Assembly: GCA_965248535.1 (NCBI GenBank)
Contig: CBDFJR010000002.1
Coordinates: 1,184,001 to 1,248,000 of the forward strand
Length of the DNA stretch: 64,000 bases
Origin: Phormidesmis sp.
GTDB taxonomy: Bacteria; Cyanobacteriota; Cyanobacteriia; Leptolyngbyales; Leptolyngbyaceae
Direction: 5' to 3'
Position numbers and translations under genes: made by a program. The notes under the pieces are model-generated. The model saw nothing but the letters and a program-made list of their open reading frames with translations. It made no database searches and was not told the DNA's origin. Position 1 is the stretch's first letter, and each line of letters starts with the position of its first letter. This document shows, in pieces, positions 9,042-20,065 of the stretch.

Positions 9042-10793
9042 CTAGTAATGATTGCCGACTTTGCGATGGTGAACGGCAGTCAGGGCTTCTGATTTGGCGA
9101 CTCGACCCGCGTCGATCGTGCTATAGACGATCCAGTGATCGCTACATTCCATGCGGCTGACAACTTCACACTCAAGATAGGCTAGTGAGTCAGCCAAGAT
9201 AGGAGAACCGTTGGTTGCGGGATAGGTTTTAATCTCGGCAAAGCGATCGGCACCGGGGGCAAACCGTTTTAGGAAGTGCTTCATCAAACTCTGATAGTTG
9301 CCTTCTTCTAAAACGTTGAGCACAAAGCGATCGCCCAAGTGCATAAACGACTCAATGGCGCGATCTTTGGCAACGGCGATCGTGATGCCCAACGGCTCAA
9401 AGCTGGCTTGAGACACCCAAGACGCTAACATGGCGCTGGAAATATCGCCCTTCTTGGCGGTGATGATGTAAAGCCCACCACTGAGACGACCCAGGGCTTT
9501 GTCAAGTTCACCATCAAGAGACTTCATTTGTTTGACGGTGCGATCGCGGATGAGCCACTGTCCTAAATCAGTCCCGGCTTCGCTGCAAAGCTGATAAGTA
9601 GACTCGTTGGGCAGTTCCTTGATTTGAATCGGCGGAAAAGCCTCAGTTAAGCCAATCTCTTGAAACTGGTTGCGAATCGGATAGACCGACTCATCATCAC
9701 CGCCCCCCACCTCAAATAGACCCACAGACTGTTTAGCATTTGTTGCGGCCAAGATGGTGCCGAGTCCTGCTTTGGCATTGGCTGCAAAGTCTCCTGACTG
9801 AGGCGACATTCCGATCACAAGCCCTGTAGACGTTTCGACCAATTCTCGCACTTCTTGAGGGTCAGCTACGCGCAGATCGATCATTTCGACCAACACCCCG
9901 GTTTTGGTGATGCCGTTGGCGATCGCTTGGGCGATTTGGTCGCCGTAGCCATATTCCGCCACATAGAAAATGCCGACAGTGGTCGCGGCTTTGGCTTGAG
10001 TCTGGCTCCATTCTTGATAGCGTCCAACGAGTTCTTTAAGATTGTGACGCAGCAGTGGGCCGTGACCTGTAGCGATCGTAGTAATTTCGGGCAGGGCCGC
10101 CATGCGTTTGAGAGCAGACAGCACCGATCGGGCATTGGGGCCCATCAAACAATCGTAGTAATAGTGATAGTCGTGCTCGATTAACTCCAAGTCTTCGTCA
10201 TAGGTGTGATCATCGCAAAAGTGCATCCCAAACGCATCGCAGGTATAGAGCGTCTGAGTTTTGTGATCGAAGCTAAAAATCGTGTCGGGCCAGTGCAGAT
10301 TGGGCGCGGAAATAAACTCTAGCTCGTGACCGTTGCCCAGATCTAAGCGATCGCCGTTTTTGACCAACTGGCGCTTAAAGGGCTGATGCACAAGCTCTTC
10401 TAGAAACTGAATGGCAACCTTAGCCCCGACTATCGTGATTTCAGGATTAAGCTGCAATAGATCTTTGACTAAGCCGCTATGATCCGGCTCGGTATGACTA
10501 ATAATTAAATAGTCGATCGCGGCTGGATCAATTAGCTCTTGTAGGGCATCGAAATAGAGTTGACGAAACTTTTCATGAGAGGTGTCAACGAGGGCAATTT
10601 TTTCGCCCCGGATGAGAAAAGAGTTGTAGGTTGTGCCGTTTTCTAGAGCAAACTCAATGTCAAAGCGATCGCGATCCCAATCGAGCGATCGCAGCGTGGT
10701 TGTATTGGGCGCAATGTCCACCGTCTGAATGGTGAGTCGCCGCGAAGGACGACTAGGCTGGCTAGCGCTTGCGCGATCAATGAGTGCTACCAT
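9042..10793 (-). CDS. flv3: Flavodiiron protein, Flv3 type
   Basis: Canonical HTEPDH diiron motif, APNLHWPD, C-terminal HHRKVGNHY. Confidence 0.88.
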   Translation of the reverse strand: MVALIDRASASQPSRPSRRLTIQTVDIAPNTTTLRSLDWDRDRFDIEFALENGTTYNSFLIRGEKIALVDTSHEKFRQLYFDALQELIDPAAIDYLIISHTEPDHSGLVKDLLQLNPEITIVGAKVAIQFLEELVHQPFKRQLVKNGDRLDLGNGHELEFISAPNLHWPDTIFSFDHKTQTLYTCDAFGMHFCDDHTYDEDLELIEHDYHYYYDCLMGPNARSVLSALKRMAALPEITTIATGHGPLLRHNLKELVGRYQEWSQTQAKAATTVGIFYVAEYGYGDQIAQAIANGITKTGVLVEMIDLRVADPQEVRELVETSTGLVIGMSPQSGDFAANAKAGLGTILAATNAKQSVGLFEVGGGDDESVYPIRNQFQEIGLTEAFPPIQIKELPNESTYQLCSEAGTDLGQWLIRDRTVKQMKSLDGELDKALGRLSGGLYIITAKKGDISSAMLASWVSQASFEPLGITIAVAKDRAIESFMHLGDRFVLNVLEEGNYQSLMKHFLKRFAPGADRFAEIKTYPATNGSPILADSLAYLECEVVSRMECSDHWIVYSTIDAGRVAKSEALTAVHHRKVGNHY

Positions 10794-10946
10794 GACTGCC
10801 TCCCTACAACGTTTTGTAAAATTCTGTTTCCCTCTGATTCTAATCTTCTCTTATAAAACGCGAGTTTGTAAAGTTCTAATAAGTAAAGACACCTATCGAG
10901 AAACCTTATACCCAGACCTTTTTCTATCAAGGCAATAGAAGGAACT

Positions 10947-11717
10947 GTGGCTAAAAACTGGTTGGCCCTGAATATTGGAAACTCTCGCCTACATTGGGCT
11001 TGGTTGACAGGTGAAACGCTTCGACAGACTTGGGAGACTCCGCATTTGAAAACCGATCAGGTGCGGCGGCTGATTAAAAGTCGGTTTAACTTTGAGGAGA
11101 GTGACACGCCGCGATCAACTCCAATTTGGGAGACATCACCCGAACTCTGGATCGCGTCAGTCGTCTCCAAACAGGCAAAACTCTGGGAGACCTATCCCCA
11201 AAACAGGACGATCGAGCTAGCTCAAATTCCGCTGCAAAACGCCTATCCTACACTGGGAGTGGATCGAGCTTTGGCGGTTTGGGGCGCGATCGTCACCCAC
11301 GGTTCTCCGATTTTGGTCGTCGATGGCGGCACTGCTTTGACCTTCACAGCAGCCGAGGGGCAGAGATTTGCAGGCGGGGCGATTCTTCCCGGTTTGCAGC
11401 TACAGTTTAGGGCGTTGGGGCAAGCCACCTCTGCATTGCCTGTGATTGACCAGATGACGCTGCCCGATCGCTGGGCAATGACCACGATCGAGGCGATTCA
11501 GAGCGGCATTTTGCACACGGTGCTGTCTGGCATCCACAGTTTTATCGACGATTGGCAAAAACGGTTTCCTCAAAGCCGGGTCATTTTCACAGGCGGTGAC
11601 AGTCTTTTTCTGTCTAGCTGCTTTCACCAGCAGTGGCCAGACCTTGCCAATCAAATTGTCCTTGACGAAAATTTATGGATTTGGGGGCTGCGATCGCTCA
11701 AGCACCGCTCAGTCTAG
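10947..11717 (+). CDS. coaX: Type III pantothenate kinase
   Basis: NIGNSR, LGVDR, VDGGTALT, GGAILPG, TGGD. Confidence 0.9.
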   Translation: MAKNWLALNIGNSRLHWAWLTGETLRQTWETPHLKTDQVRRLIKSRFNFEESDTPRSTPIWETSPELWIASVVSKQAKLWETYPQNRTIELAQIPLQNAYPTLGVDRALAVWGAIVTHGSPILVVDGGTALTFTAAEGQRFAGGAILPGLQLQFRALGQATSALPVIDQMTLPDRWAMTTIEAIQSGILHTVLSGIHSFIDDWQKRFPQSRVIFTGGDSLFLSSCFHQQWPDLANQIVLDENLWIWGLRSLKHRSV

Positions 11718-12164
11718 GGTAGTTCGCCCATTGAAATAGTCTTGCAACTGCTGTCGGTGATCGTGAGCCAGCGGCCCTTCAGGAATCGCATCGGGGGCAA
11801 ACGCCTGCACGTCAGAGACTTCCAGAGTGTCTTTAATCTGCATGGTGCCCTTGACATCGGCTTCAACAACGACACAAATCGAGTGAATGCGCGGGTCACG
11901 ATCGGGCGCTGAATAGACCCCCACCAATCGGCGAATCTGAGCCACTTCTAGCCCCGTTTCTTCGGTCAACTCTCGCCGCACCGCAGTCGGAATGTTTTCG
12001 CCCCAATCGACCATGCCACCCGGAAGACCCCACAAGCCGTTATCGCGACGACGGATCAACACAATGCGACCATCGGGCAAGAGAGGAATAATGCTAGTGC
12101 CTATGATGGGATGGCGGAAAATGATGCCCAACACAGTTTGAGTAAAATGCCACAACCGATCCAT
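11709..12164 (-). CDS. NUDIX hydrolase
   Basis: GGMVDWGE...AVRRELTEETGL Nudix box. Confidence 0.9.
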   Translation of the reverse strand: MDRLWHFTQTVLGIIFRHPIIGTSIIPLLPDGRIVLIRRRDNGLWGLPGGMVDWGENIPTAVRRELTEETGLEVAQIRRLVGVYSAPDRDPRIHSICVVVEADVKGTMQIKDTLEVSDVQAFAPDAIPEGPLAHDHRQQLQDYFNGRTTLD

Positions 12165-12295
12165 GAATTAAAAATGACAAAGAAGTAGAGAAGTGGAGCT
12201 AAACCACAGCCCGATCGAGCCATGCAAGAGAAGTCTTTTTAAGACTCAGCGATCCAAACAATTCCTCTATAAGAATACTCAGAGTTTGATCCCAA

Positions 12296-12754
12296 TCAGA
12301 CTAAATCACTCAAAATTTGTGCCGCGTGGATGTCTGGCTTAACTTTTCTATAGATTTTCTCGATCGTGCCATCCACCCCGATCACAAAGGTAGTTCGACT
12401 AATTCCCAAATACTCTTTGCCCATGAACTTCTTTAAACCGTAGCTCTCATAGATTTCGGCAACGGTTCCCCCGACATCACACAGCAACGGAAAGGGCAGA
12501 TCATGCTTCGTCACAAATTTTGCGTGGGATTTTGCATCGTCGGTGCTGATGCCCAACACGACCAGATCCCGCGCCTGATAGTCTGCATAAGCGTCTCGAA
12601 AGCCACAGGCTTCTTTGGTGCATCCGGGCGTATTGTCACGCGGATAGAAAAAAAGCACGACGCGCTTGCCCTTTAAGTCTGATAGCTGAATCTGATTTCC
12701 GTGGGTGTCGGGCAGCCCAAAATCGGGGGCCCGATCGCCAATTTGCAAAGCCAT
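12296..12754 (-). CDS. bcp: Peroxiredoxin Q/BCP
   Basis: FYPRDNTPGCTKEAC motif. Confidence 0.93.
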   Translation of the reverse strand: MALQIGDRAPDFGLPDTHGNQIQLSDLKGKRVVLFFYPRDNTPGCTKEACGFRDAYADYQARDLVVLGISTDDAKSHAKFVTKHDLPFPLLCDVGGTVAEIYESYGLKKFMGKEYLGISRTTFVIGVDGTIEKIYRKVKPDIHAAQILSDLV

Positions 12755-12846
12755 AAAGATTTTCTAACTTACCGACTTGGAGTTTTGTTGAGTGGGCTTA
12801 TGGTAGTTTGTTGGCTTACGAGTGCAAGCACAATGCAGTCTACCTG

Positions 12847-13118
12847 TTAGGGAAAGTATCGGTAAATTTCTTTGCGATGCAAGACACGAGCAAACGTGAT
12901 TGTTTCTTGGACAATAAACAAGCCAACCCGATAATCACCGATGCGAATACGGTACGCACCATCAAAACCCTTGAGTTTTTTCAAAGCTGCTGATCTCTCC
13001 CAAATCTTCGGCATTGAGGAATCTCTTCAAACACGATCGAGCTAAGTGTTTCAAATACAGACGTGCTTTTGAGGGTCTTCAAATCCTTCAAAAAGCTAGG
13101 CAAGTATTCAACGTTCAC
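12847..13118 (-). pseudogene. RelE/ParE-family toxin with two apparent +1 frameshifts
   Basis: Hand translation over three frames: MNVEYLPSFLKDLKTL...EEIP / [10 protein letters not shown] / [21 protein letters not shown]...[12 protein letters not shown]; span 272 nt; GTG overlaps the antitoxin stop. Confidence 0.8.
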
Positions 13119-13324
13119 TCCTTTTCCATTTCCTTGAGTGCTTCTTCTAGGCTCAAAGGAGTTTCATGACGAACCTCAGACATTGCGCGGTAAAGTCCTT
13201 CATCTTCAAGCGCTTCAATCAATCTCTGATAATCTGTAACATTGATAACAACTTTGCGGATGTGTCCATCTACATCAGTGATTAATTCTTGTGCAAAAGG
13301 ATAGTCTTTGGCTTGAGCATTCAT
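13115..13324 (-). CDS. Putative antitoxin
   Basis: Small acidic protein (LIEALEDEGLYRAM...LSLEEAL) coupled by GTGA overlap to the RelE-like gene. Confidence 0.7.
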   Translation of the reverse strand: MNAQAKDYPFAQELITDVDGHIRKVVINVTDYQRLIEALEDEGLYRAMSEVRHETPLSLEEALKEMEKE

Positions 13325-13378
13325 TCACTTTATTTTGCTGCCGACCCACTAATTTTAATCCTTATCAATGTGCGTAAT

Positions 13379-14794
13379 CTACTTCTCACTTATCCGTTTT
13401 TGAGCGTCTTCTAGAGCTTTTTGCACTTGCTCAAATCCGGTGCCACCATAGCTATTTCGGGCAGAAACGACCTGTTCGGGTGCGATCGCGGCATAGATAT
13501 CCGCCTCAAACGCAGGATGCAACGCTTTCCACTCCTCTAAGGTCAAATCTTTGAGCAGTTTGTTTGCCGCTACAGACGTTTTCACCACCTTGCCCACCAG
13601 ACCGTAGGCTTCACGAAACGGAACGCCCTTTTTGGCTAAATAGTCTGCGACATCGGTGGCGTTAGAAAAGTCTTCGTTCACCGCTTCGGTCAAGCGCGAT
13701 AGACGAAACTCTAGCCCTTCGCTAAACAGAATGGTCATGGCTTCTAAACAGACTTTGACGGTTTTGACTCCATCAAACAGCGCCTCTTTGTCTTCCTGCA
13801 AGTCTTTGTTGTAGGCCAGCGGCAGCCCTTTCATTAACACCAGCATGGCTTGCAGGTGTCCAAACACTCGGCCGGTCTTTCCGCGCACCAACTCCGGCAC
13901 ATCGGGGTTTTTTTTCTGCGGCATAATGCTCGAACCTGTCGCACAGCTATCGGTGAGACTGACAAAGCTAAACTCCTGCGATGCCCAGAGAATCACCTCT
14001 TCAGACAAACGGCTGAGGTGCACCATGATCAGACTGGCTGCACAAAGAAACTCGATCGCAAAGTCTCGATCGCTGACTCCATCCAAACTGTTGGCATAGA
14101 CGCTGCCAAAATTGAGCCGATCGGCGGCAAACTGGCGATCGATGGGAAAGGTGGTTCCGGCAAGTGCCCCAGAGCCTAAAGGCGAAATATTCACCCGTTG
14201 ATAAATTTCGCCTAGACGCTGCCAGTCTCGCTGAGTCATCTCAAAATAAGCCAGCAGATGATGAGCCAAACTGATCGGCTGGGCACGCTGCAAGTGAGTA
14301 TAGCCAGGAATCAGTGTTCTTACGTGCTGACTGGCTAAACTTAGCAAGACCTGTTGAAACTGGCGAATCTGCTGACGAATCTGCTGAATCTGATCCCGCA
14401 AATAGAGCCGAGTGTCGGTGCCTACCTGATCGTTGCGCGATCGGGCCGTGTGCAGTTTTTTGCCGACATCCCCCACTAACTCGGTTAATCGTTTCTCGAC
14501 GGCAAAATGCACATCTTCGGCATCGGTGCCGGGTGTAAAGGTGCCCTGACGATAGTCTTGACGAATTTGCTCAAGTCCGCTAACCAGTTGCGCGCCTTCG
14601 TCAGCCGAAATAATGCCCGTTTTGGCGAGCATTTCAGCGTGGGCCTGAGAGCCAGTCAGGTCATATTCGATCAGTTCAATATCAAATTTGATGCTGGCGT
14701 TAAACTCAGCGATCGCCGGGTGCAAAGCTGATTCAAATCGCTGGCTCCAAGTTTGAGCCGGGGTTGCGTTGGGGGGCTGGTTGGCGTGAGTCAA
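13379..14794 (-). CDS. argH: Argininosuccinate lyase
   Basis: [31 protein letters not shown]. Confidence 0.97.
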   Translation of the reverse strand: MTHANQPPNATPAQTWSQRFESALHPAIAEFNASIKFDIELIEYDLTGSQAHAEMLAKTGIISADEGAQLVSGLEQIRQDYRQGTFTPGTDAEDVHFAVEKRLTELVGDVGKKLHTARSRNDQVGTDTRLYLRDQIQQIRQQIRQFQQVLLSLASQHVRTLIPGYTHLQRAQPISLAHHLLAYFEMTQRDWQRLGEIYQRVNISPLGSGALAGTTFPIDRQFAADRLNFGSVYANSLDGVSDRDFAIEFLCAASLIMVHLSRLSEEVILWASQEFSFVSLTDSCATGSSIMPQKKNPDVPELVRGKTGRVFGHLQAMLVLMKGLPLAYNKDLQEDKEALFDGVKTVKVCLEAMTILFSEGLEFRLSRLTEAVNEDFSNATDVADYLAKKGVPFREAYGLVGKVVKTSVAANKLLKDLTLEEWKALHPAFEADIYAAIAPEQVVSARNSYGGTGFEQVQKALEDAQKRISEK

Positions 14795-14941
14795 AAGACA
14801 TCCTCTCTAGATGCGACACCCGACTATACCAGACGAGCCAAAAGGATTCTAGCGGTTTAGAGGAGAGTGTCAGCGATCGCTGAAGAACCGTTGGCGTTGC
14901 TGAATCCAAGGATGAATCGGTGGGTAGCGACCTTTCTGGAA

Positions 14942-15014
14942 CGCCCCCTAAATCCCCCACAAGTGAGGGACTTTGAAAGTCCGGGAGTGCCCCAGAATGG
15001 GCGGTTGGGGGGCG
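14942..15014. repeat. Short dispersed palindromic repeat (CCCCCTAAATCCCCC...GGGGGG type)
   Basis: Imperfect terminal inverted arms cgccccctaa / ttggggggcg with internal hairpins (ggactttgaaagtcc). Confidence 0.6.
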
Positions 15015-15051
15015 AATTCATACCATCGTTCAGCAACGCCGAACCGTTTAG

Positions 15052-15300
15052 CTAACCATAAGTGGTCAGCGCCCTCACCATATAGCCTAAAATCAGCCCG
15101 ACTAAAAAGGCCCAAACTTGACCCGTTTTGACAAATTGAGTCCAAGCTCTACCAATATCACCGCCTAGGTCGGTTTCCTTAAATTGCTGGGCAAAAATGA
15201 CCCAATCGTGCGGTAGCTGCCAGTGCAGGGTTTGCAGCAGGTCGCTCCAGTGGGTGATGCCAATGAGCCAAGTGGTCATCTCGTGCATTAGGTGAATCAT
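15052..15300 (-). CDS. Small conserved cyanobacterial membrane protein
   Basis: FVKTGQVWAFLVGLILGY C-terminal helix; GAGGAG RBS upstream. Confidence 0.65.
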   Translation of the reverse strand: MIHLMHEMTTWLIGITHWSDLLQTLHWQLPHDWVIFAQQFKETDLGGDIGRAWTQFVKTGQVWAFLVGLILGYMVRALTTYG

Positions 15301-15438
15301 GGCGGTCGTCTCCTCAAACCGGGAAAGATAGCTGCGTTATTTGAGTCTAAGAGCTTTCTTGTACCACAGAATTGAGCAGACGACATTATTTAGAATCGGC
15401 GGCGGCGACGGGCACAGCCCTGATGATTTGGGTAGAGG

Positions 15439-16155
15439 CTAGTTGAGCAGCGGCATCACAGAGTTAGCAATGATGGCAGCTTGAGTGCGATCGCGCAGAT
15501 TCAGCCGTCCTAAAATGCTGGCGACGTGATTTTTGACCGTTCCTTCAGAGATCTCCAGCGATCGAGAAATTTCTCGGTTGCTAGAGCCAGCCGCAATCAG
15601 TCTCAAAACCTGCCGTTCTCTAGTCGTGAGTTTGGTAAACCCAGGCGGCAGCGGAGTCGATCGCCGAGATGCTGCATTGAAGGACACCACGTTTGAACGA
15701 CTGTCTTTGACATCAGCCGTAGACAGCGAGGTAGATTCACCAAACATGCCGCCTAATATTTTGGGCAAAATTCCGGGGCTGAGTTGGGTATAGCCTTTGT
15801 GAACCAAGCGCACGGCGTTGACCAATTCATCGGGGCATAAATCTTTGAGCAGATAGCCCTTTGCGCCAACTTTGAGGGCAGTCGTCACCGACTCTTGATC
15901 GTCTAAATCAGTCAAAATTAAGACTTGACTCTCAGGAAATCGCTGGCAAATGGTCTCAGTGGCCGCGATGCCGTCGGGTTTGGCACAGCAGGGATCAATT
16001 AAAACAATGTCTGGGTGCAGCGTTTCCACCTGGTGAATGGCGCTTGGCCCTGTATCTGCGTCTCCAACCACTTGCAAGTCTTGCTCCTGATTGATCAAAG
16101 CCCTCAAGCCTTCACGAATCAGGTTTTGGTCGTCAACGAGTAATACTCGAATCAT
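15439..16155 (-). CDS. NarL/LuxR-family response regulator
   Basis: Receiver LLVDD...LID...YLLK plus LTTRERQVL...EGTVKNHV HTH. Confidence 0.92.
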   Translation of the reverse strand: MIRVLLVDDQNLIREGLRALINQEQDLQVVGDADTGPSAIHQVETLHPDIVLIDPCCAKPDGIAATETICQRFPESQVLILTDLDDQESVTTALKVGAKGYLLKDLCPDELVNAVRLVHKGYTQLSPGILPKILGGMFGESTSLSTADVKDSRSNVVSFNAASRRSTPLPPGFTKLTTRERQVLRLIAAGSSNREISRSLEISEGTVKNHVASILGRLNLRDRTQAAIIANSVMPLLN

Positions 16156-16381
16156 GGCAGATAGCTCCGATCGGGTTTAGCCACGGGTAGCCCTAAGCGA
16201 AAAACCGCTTAAGCTTGTGTCAAGGAACAACCTTTTGCAACGACGATCTCTCATTAGTTTTGTTCCCAGATAGAACGCAATTGATAAGTTTTTCTTTAGT
16301 CTGACTAGATTGGACGATCGCAGACTCTAATTTGCCGACTTGACGTATGCTGAAAAGTCGAACGTGCTTGAGCATTCACTT

Positions 16382-17869
16382 ATGGGGTTCACAAAGCCGA
16401 TCGAGTCCAACAAACTTTGGCTGGGGCTAGGATTGATTTGGGTCGGGTCGCTGGGTCTGCGATTTTGGGGACTCGGACGCTTTAATGCTCTGGTTTTTGA
16501 CGAGGTGTATTATGTCAAGTTTGCTCACAACTATTTGACTCACACCCCTTTTTTTGATGGGCATCCTCCCCTGAGCAAATATCTGATCGCGATCGGCATC
16601 TGGGTCGGCAATCAGCTTCCCTTTGGCAGCGACACGGTTAACTCGCTGGCGGGGTCGCCCCTCACCACTTGGAGCTATCGCTGGCTCAATGCCCTCACTG
16701 GTTCCTTGATTCCGCTGGTGGTGGCGGCGATCGCTTATGAACTCAGCTATCGCCGCAGCTATGCGTTAATCGCTGCCCTGTTTGCCGCCGCCGATGGATT
16801 GTTTTTAGTCGAGTCTCGCTATGCCTTAAACAACGTTTATTTAGTGATATTTGGACTGTTGGGGCAGTGGTTTTTTCTCAAAGCGCTGCACGCACCGGGC
16901 AAAAAATGGCTGCCGTGGATGGCCCTAGCGGGACTGTTTTTTGGGGCTTCTGCGGCGATTAAATGGAACGGTCTATGGTTTTTGCTGGGGGCCTATTTGC
17001 TGTGGGGCATAGCGCTGGCCCTTCGGCTGGTGAGAGGGCTGCTGCGATCGTCCACCTCTCCCCTCCCTGACCCATTGGCACCGATGCCCCTCGATCGGCT
17101 GGCGCGACTCAATCCCGTCTATCTGCTGATAAATTTGGGAGCCGTTCCTGCCATTTTCTATCGCCTGATCTGGATTCCGCATCTCAATCTCAGCCGCGAT
17201 TTTGGCTTTTGGGAGGTGCAGAAACAGATTTTGGCTTATCACGAGCGGGTCGGCAGTGGCGAAGCCATTCACCCCTATTGCTCAACCTGGTTTAGCTGGA
17301 TCTGGATGCAGCGCCCGGTGGCTTATTTTTATCAAGTTGCCAGCAGTTTGACAGCTCCGATTCCGATGGGTAGCACGGTCTCGGCTATCACACCAACCAG
17401 CGTCATCTACGACGTTCATGCGATCGGCAATCCATTTTTATGGTGGTTTTCGACGCTGGCGATCGCCCTAATGGGTTGTGTTGTGATCGAAAACTTCGGC
17501 GCATTGCTCACGCCCCGTCAACCAGTCGGTTTATTGCCGACCCATGACGTTTGGATCGGGCTATTTTTAGTAGTCAATTACGCCGCCAATCTTTTGCCTT
17601 GGGCGAGAGTGACTCGCTGCGTGTTTCTCTATCACTACATGGGGTCTTCGGTGTTTGCATCGCTGGCGTTGGCTTGGCTGGTCGATCGCTGGTTTCGCAG
17701 CAACACACCACGGTTGAGACGGTTGGCAATTTGGACGATCGGGCTAGTCTGTGTCGCGTTTATTTTCTGGATGCCCATTTATTTAGGGTTGCCTTTGATG
17801 GAGCGGCAATATGGTTGGCGGATGTGGCAGGTCGCGATCGGCAATTTTTGGCTACTGCGATGGATCTAA
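16382..17869 (+). CDS. Lipid-carrier-dependent glycosyltransferase (PMT/GT39-like)
   Basis: FDEVYY, FFDGHPPL, KWNG, HPYCS.W, FLYHY; multiple TM helices; start uncertain (16340 or 16382). Confidence 0.85.
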   Translation: MGFTKPIESNKLWLGLGLIWVGSLGLRFWGLGRFNALVFDEVYYVKFAHNYLTHTPFFDGHPPLSKYLIAIGIWVGNQLPFGSDTVNSLAGSPLTTWSYRWLNALTGSLIPLVVAAIAYELSYRRSYALIAALFAAADGLFLVESRYALNNVYLVIFGLLGQWFFLKALHAPGKKWLPWMALAGLFFGASAAIKWNGLWFLLGAYLLWGIALALRLVRGLLRSSTSPLPDPLAPMPLDRLARLNPVYLLINLGAVPAIFYRLIWIPHLNLSRDFGFWEVQKQILAYHERVGSGEAIHPYCSTWFSWIWMQRPVAYFYQVASSLTAPIPMGSTVSAITPTSVIYDVHAIGNPFLWWFSTLAIALMGCVVIENFGALLTPRQPVGLLPTHDVWIGLFLVVNYAANLLPWARVTRCVFLYHYMGSSVFASLALAWLVDRWFRSNTPRLRRLAIWTIGLVCVAFIFWMPIYLGLPLMERQYGWRMWQVAIGNFWLLRWI

Positions 17870-18045
17870 ATCTGCCCGGTTGATGCGACACTTTTAAAGC
17901 AGGTGCCTCTTTAGAATTTCTTGAGTTTTTTGGACGGTTCATCCCGCTTTGACCCAAACCGTGTGATGAAGTTAAGTGGGCAACCCATGTCTACGGTCGC
18001 CGTCCAGAGCATTTATCCACTAGGTCTAATCTCACAGGGCAATTT

Positions 18046-18798
18046 ATGCGATCTTTTAGGGCTTTGCGCGAATCGCGATGGGTTGGAATCATTGGCAGCC
18101 TTGGCGTGAGCGTGGGTCTCAGCGCCCTGCCAGTTCAGGCGCAAGTCTCAGAGGCTCAGGTCGGAAAGACGGTTGAGGCGCTGCGGCTAGCCGCCCCCAA
18201 AACAGCCACCCCCAACGACGGTCTCTATAGCGAATGGCAGGTCAAGCCCGAAGCCGTTTCTCACTGGTCAAAACAGTGCACGGGTCACGAGCTTTCATCA
18301 GCCGAGTTTGAAGCCAATGCCACCGCTGCCCGATCGATCGTCACCTGCGTGATTCGAGATGTTTTGCGAGACGAATATCGCGCCAGCGGCAACAACGAGT
18401 TTATAGCGGTGCGGCGAGTGGCTGCCTGGTGGATGACGGGCGATGCTACCAACTATGGCAAACCTGCGATCGCCTCTTATGTCGAAGAAGTCGTCAGCTT
18501 TTACAAGTGGCGCACGCCCATTGCCACCACCAAACCCGCGCCAGCGATGAATAGCCGTCAACTATCGGTCTACGATCGCTACATGCAGGCTGGCCGCGTC
18601 GCCGAGCGACAAAAAGATGCCGCAACGGCGCTGCTCTACTTCACGCGAGCGCTTGATGAGCGCCCCAACGACCCATCTGCCACCCAAGCCCTGCGAACGG
18701 CTCAAGCCGCCCTTGAGCGCACCCGTGCAGTCATCCCCCCGACTCCTAAACCCTCTGTCGAACCGTCGTCTTCTAAACCGTCGTCTCCTAAACAATAA
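18046..18798 (+). CDS. Secreted hypothetical protein with C-terminal TPR-like helix pair
   Basis: Signal peptide (VQA-Q); YDRYMQAG...ALLYFTRALDERPND. Confidence 0.6.
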   Translation: MRSFRALRESRWVGIIGSLGVSVGLSALPVQAQVSEAQVGKTVEALRLAAPKTATPNDGLYSEWQVKPEAVSHWSKQCTGHELSSAEFEANATAARSIVTCVIRDVLRDEYRASGNNEFIAVRRVAAWWMTGDATNYGKPAIASYVEEVVSFYKWRTPIATTKPAPAMNSRQLSVYDRYMQAGRVAERQKDAATALLYFTRALDERPNDPSATQALRTAQAALERTRAVIPPTPKPSVEPSSSKPSSPKQ

Positions 18799-18804
18799 TC
18801 GATC

Positions 18805-19245
18805 GTGATCAAACCCCTGCTTCCCTGCTTGATAGTTGGCGCACTGCTAGCCTACATCCCCGCTGCGTCTGCCGTTGAATGGACTAAGATTGCCGAAAAC
18901 TCTGTCAAAGACAAGTTTTTTGTGGATGAAAGCTCGATTCAGCGCAATGGCGCGATCGTGTGGTATTGGGAATATCGCGAATTTCCCCAGGCAAACAATG
19001 CCTTTTTAGACACCAACGTCGAGCAGCCCGTTCATGGAGCCGTGATTCGCTGGTCAGTAGACTGCACGACCAAGGCCCAGCGCTTAAGAAAAGTCAACGC
19101 CTACACCACCAACAGAAAGCTGATCCAAAAATTTGAGTATGGCGATAGCGGCATGTTATCGCAGCCAAAACCCGGCAGCAGCGCCTATGCGATCGTCGAT
19201 TATGTCTGCACTCCCAAAGATTCTGAAAAGCCCGCACCCAAATAA
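18805..19245 (+). CDS. Surface-adhesin E-like secreted protein
   Basis: Signal peptide, W...FFVD..SI, SVDC and terminal YVC cysteines. Confidence 0.6.
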   Translation: MIKPLLPCLIVGALLAYIPAASAVEWTKIAENSVKDKFFVDESSIQRNGAIVWYWEYREFPQANNAFLDTNVEQPVHGAVIRWSVDCTTKAQRLRKVNAYTTNRKLIQKFEYGDSGMLSQPKPGSSAYAIVDYVCTPKDSEKPAPK

Positions 19246-19271
19246 CCCGATCGCCAGAAATCTACCTTTGC

Positions 19272-19868
19272 TCATCGCGGCTTTGAGTAGCGCAACTCAG
19301 CCAGCAACGGGATCAATTCTGTTGGGGTTAAATCTCGCCACTGGCCCGGTTGCAGCCCAGCTAAACCGAGGTGAGAAATCGCCACCCTCACCAGTCGCAG
19401 GGTCGGAAACCCGATCGCGGCAGTCATGCGTCTGATTTGGCGGTTGTGACCCTCTGTGAGAACGATCTCTAGCCAGCAGGTCGGAATCGCCTTCCGAACC
19501 CGAATCGGCGGATCACGGGGCGGCAAATCAGGTTCCTGACCCAGCAACGAAACCGCAGCCGGACGAGTGCGATAGGTCTGAATCTGAATGCCTCGGCGCA
19601 ACGGCTCTAGGTCTGTCTCGCCCGGAATGCCCTCCACCTGCACCCAGTAGGTTCGAGGGTGCTGAAACTTAGGATCACTCAACCGATGCTGGAGCGCGCC
19701 GTGATTGGTCAGCAGCATCAGCCCCTCACTGTCGTGATCGAGCCGACCCACGGGATAAACCAGTGGCACGAGAACATAGTCTTTTAGCGTTTGTCGCCGC
19801 GACTGACTGGGGTCAGTAAACTGGCTGAGAACGTCAAAGGGCTTATAGAAGAGTAGATAGCGATACAT
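19272..19868 (-). CDS. rluE: RsuA/RluE-family rRNA pseudouridine synthase
   Basis: [40 protein letters not shown]. Confidence 0.85.
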   Translation of the reverse strand: MYRYLLFYKPFDVLSQFTDPSQSRRQTLKDYVLVPLVYPVGRLDHDSEGLMLLTNHGALQHRLSDPKFQHPRTYWVQVEGIPGETDLEPLRRGIQIQTYRTRPAAVSLLGQEPDLPPRDPPIRVRKAIPTCWLEIVLTEGHNRQIRRMTAAIGFPTLRLVRVAISHLGLAGLQPGQWRDLTPTELIPLLAELRYSKPR

Positions 19869-20065
19869 AGATCACGCTGGCGGCAGTCTTAGATCAATTT
19901 TGACGCGGAGCCGAAATGCCAACCCGATCGCTCCCCTAGGAGCAGACTGGAGCCGAGCGATCGCACAACTCACGTGGGAAGTTTGGCAACCAGCAGAAAA
20001 TAGGTTGATGCCGCAGAGTCGGGTCAGAGAGTGTGGCCCGATCGCGGCATCATTCTAGATCCCCA

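Noticed and set aside
8873..9160. 95-aa plus-strand ORF
   Set aside because: Translation of the tandem repeats, antisense to the flv3 end
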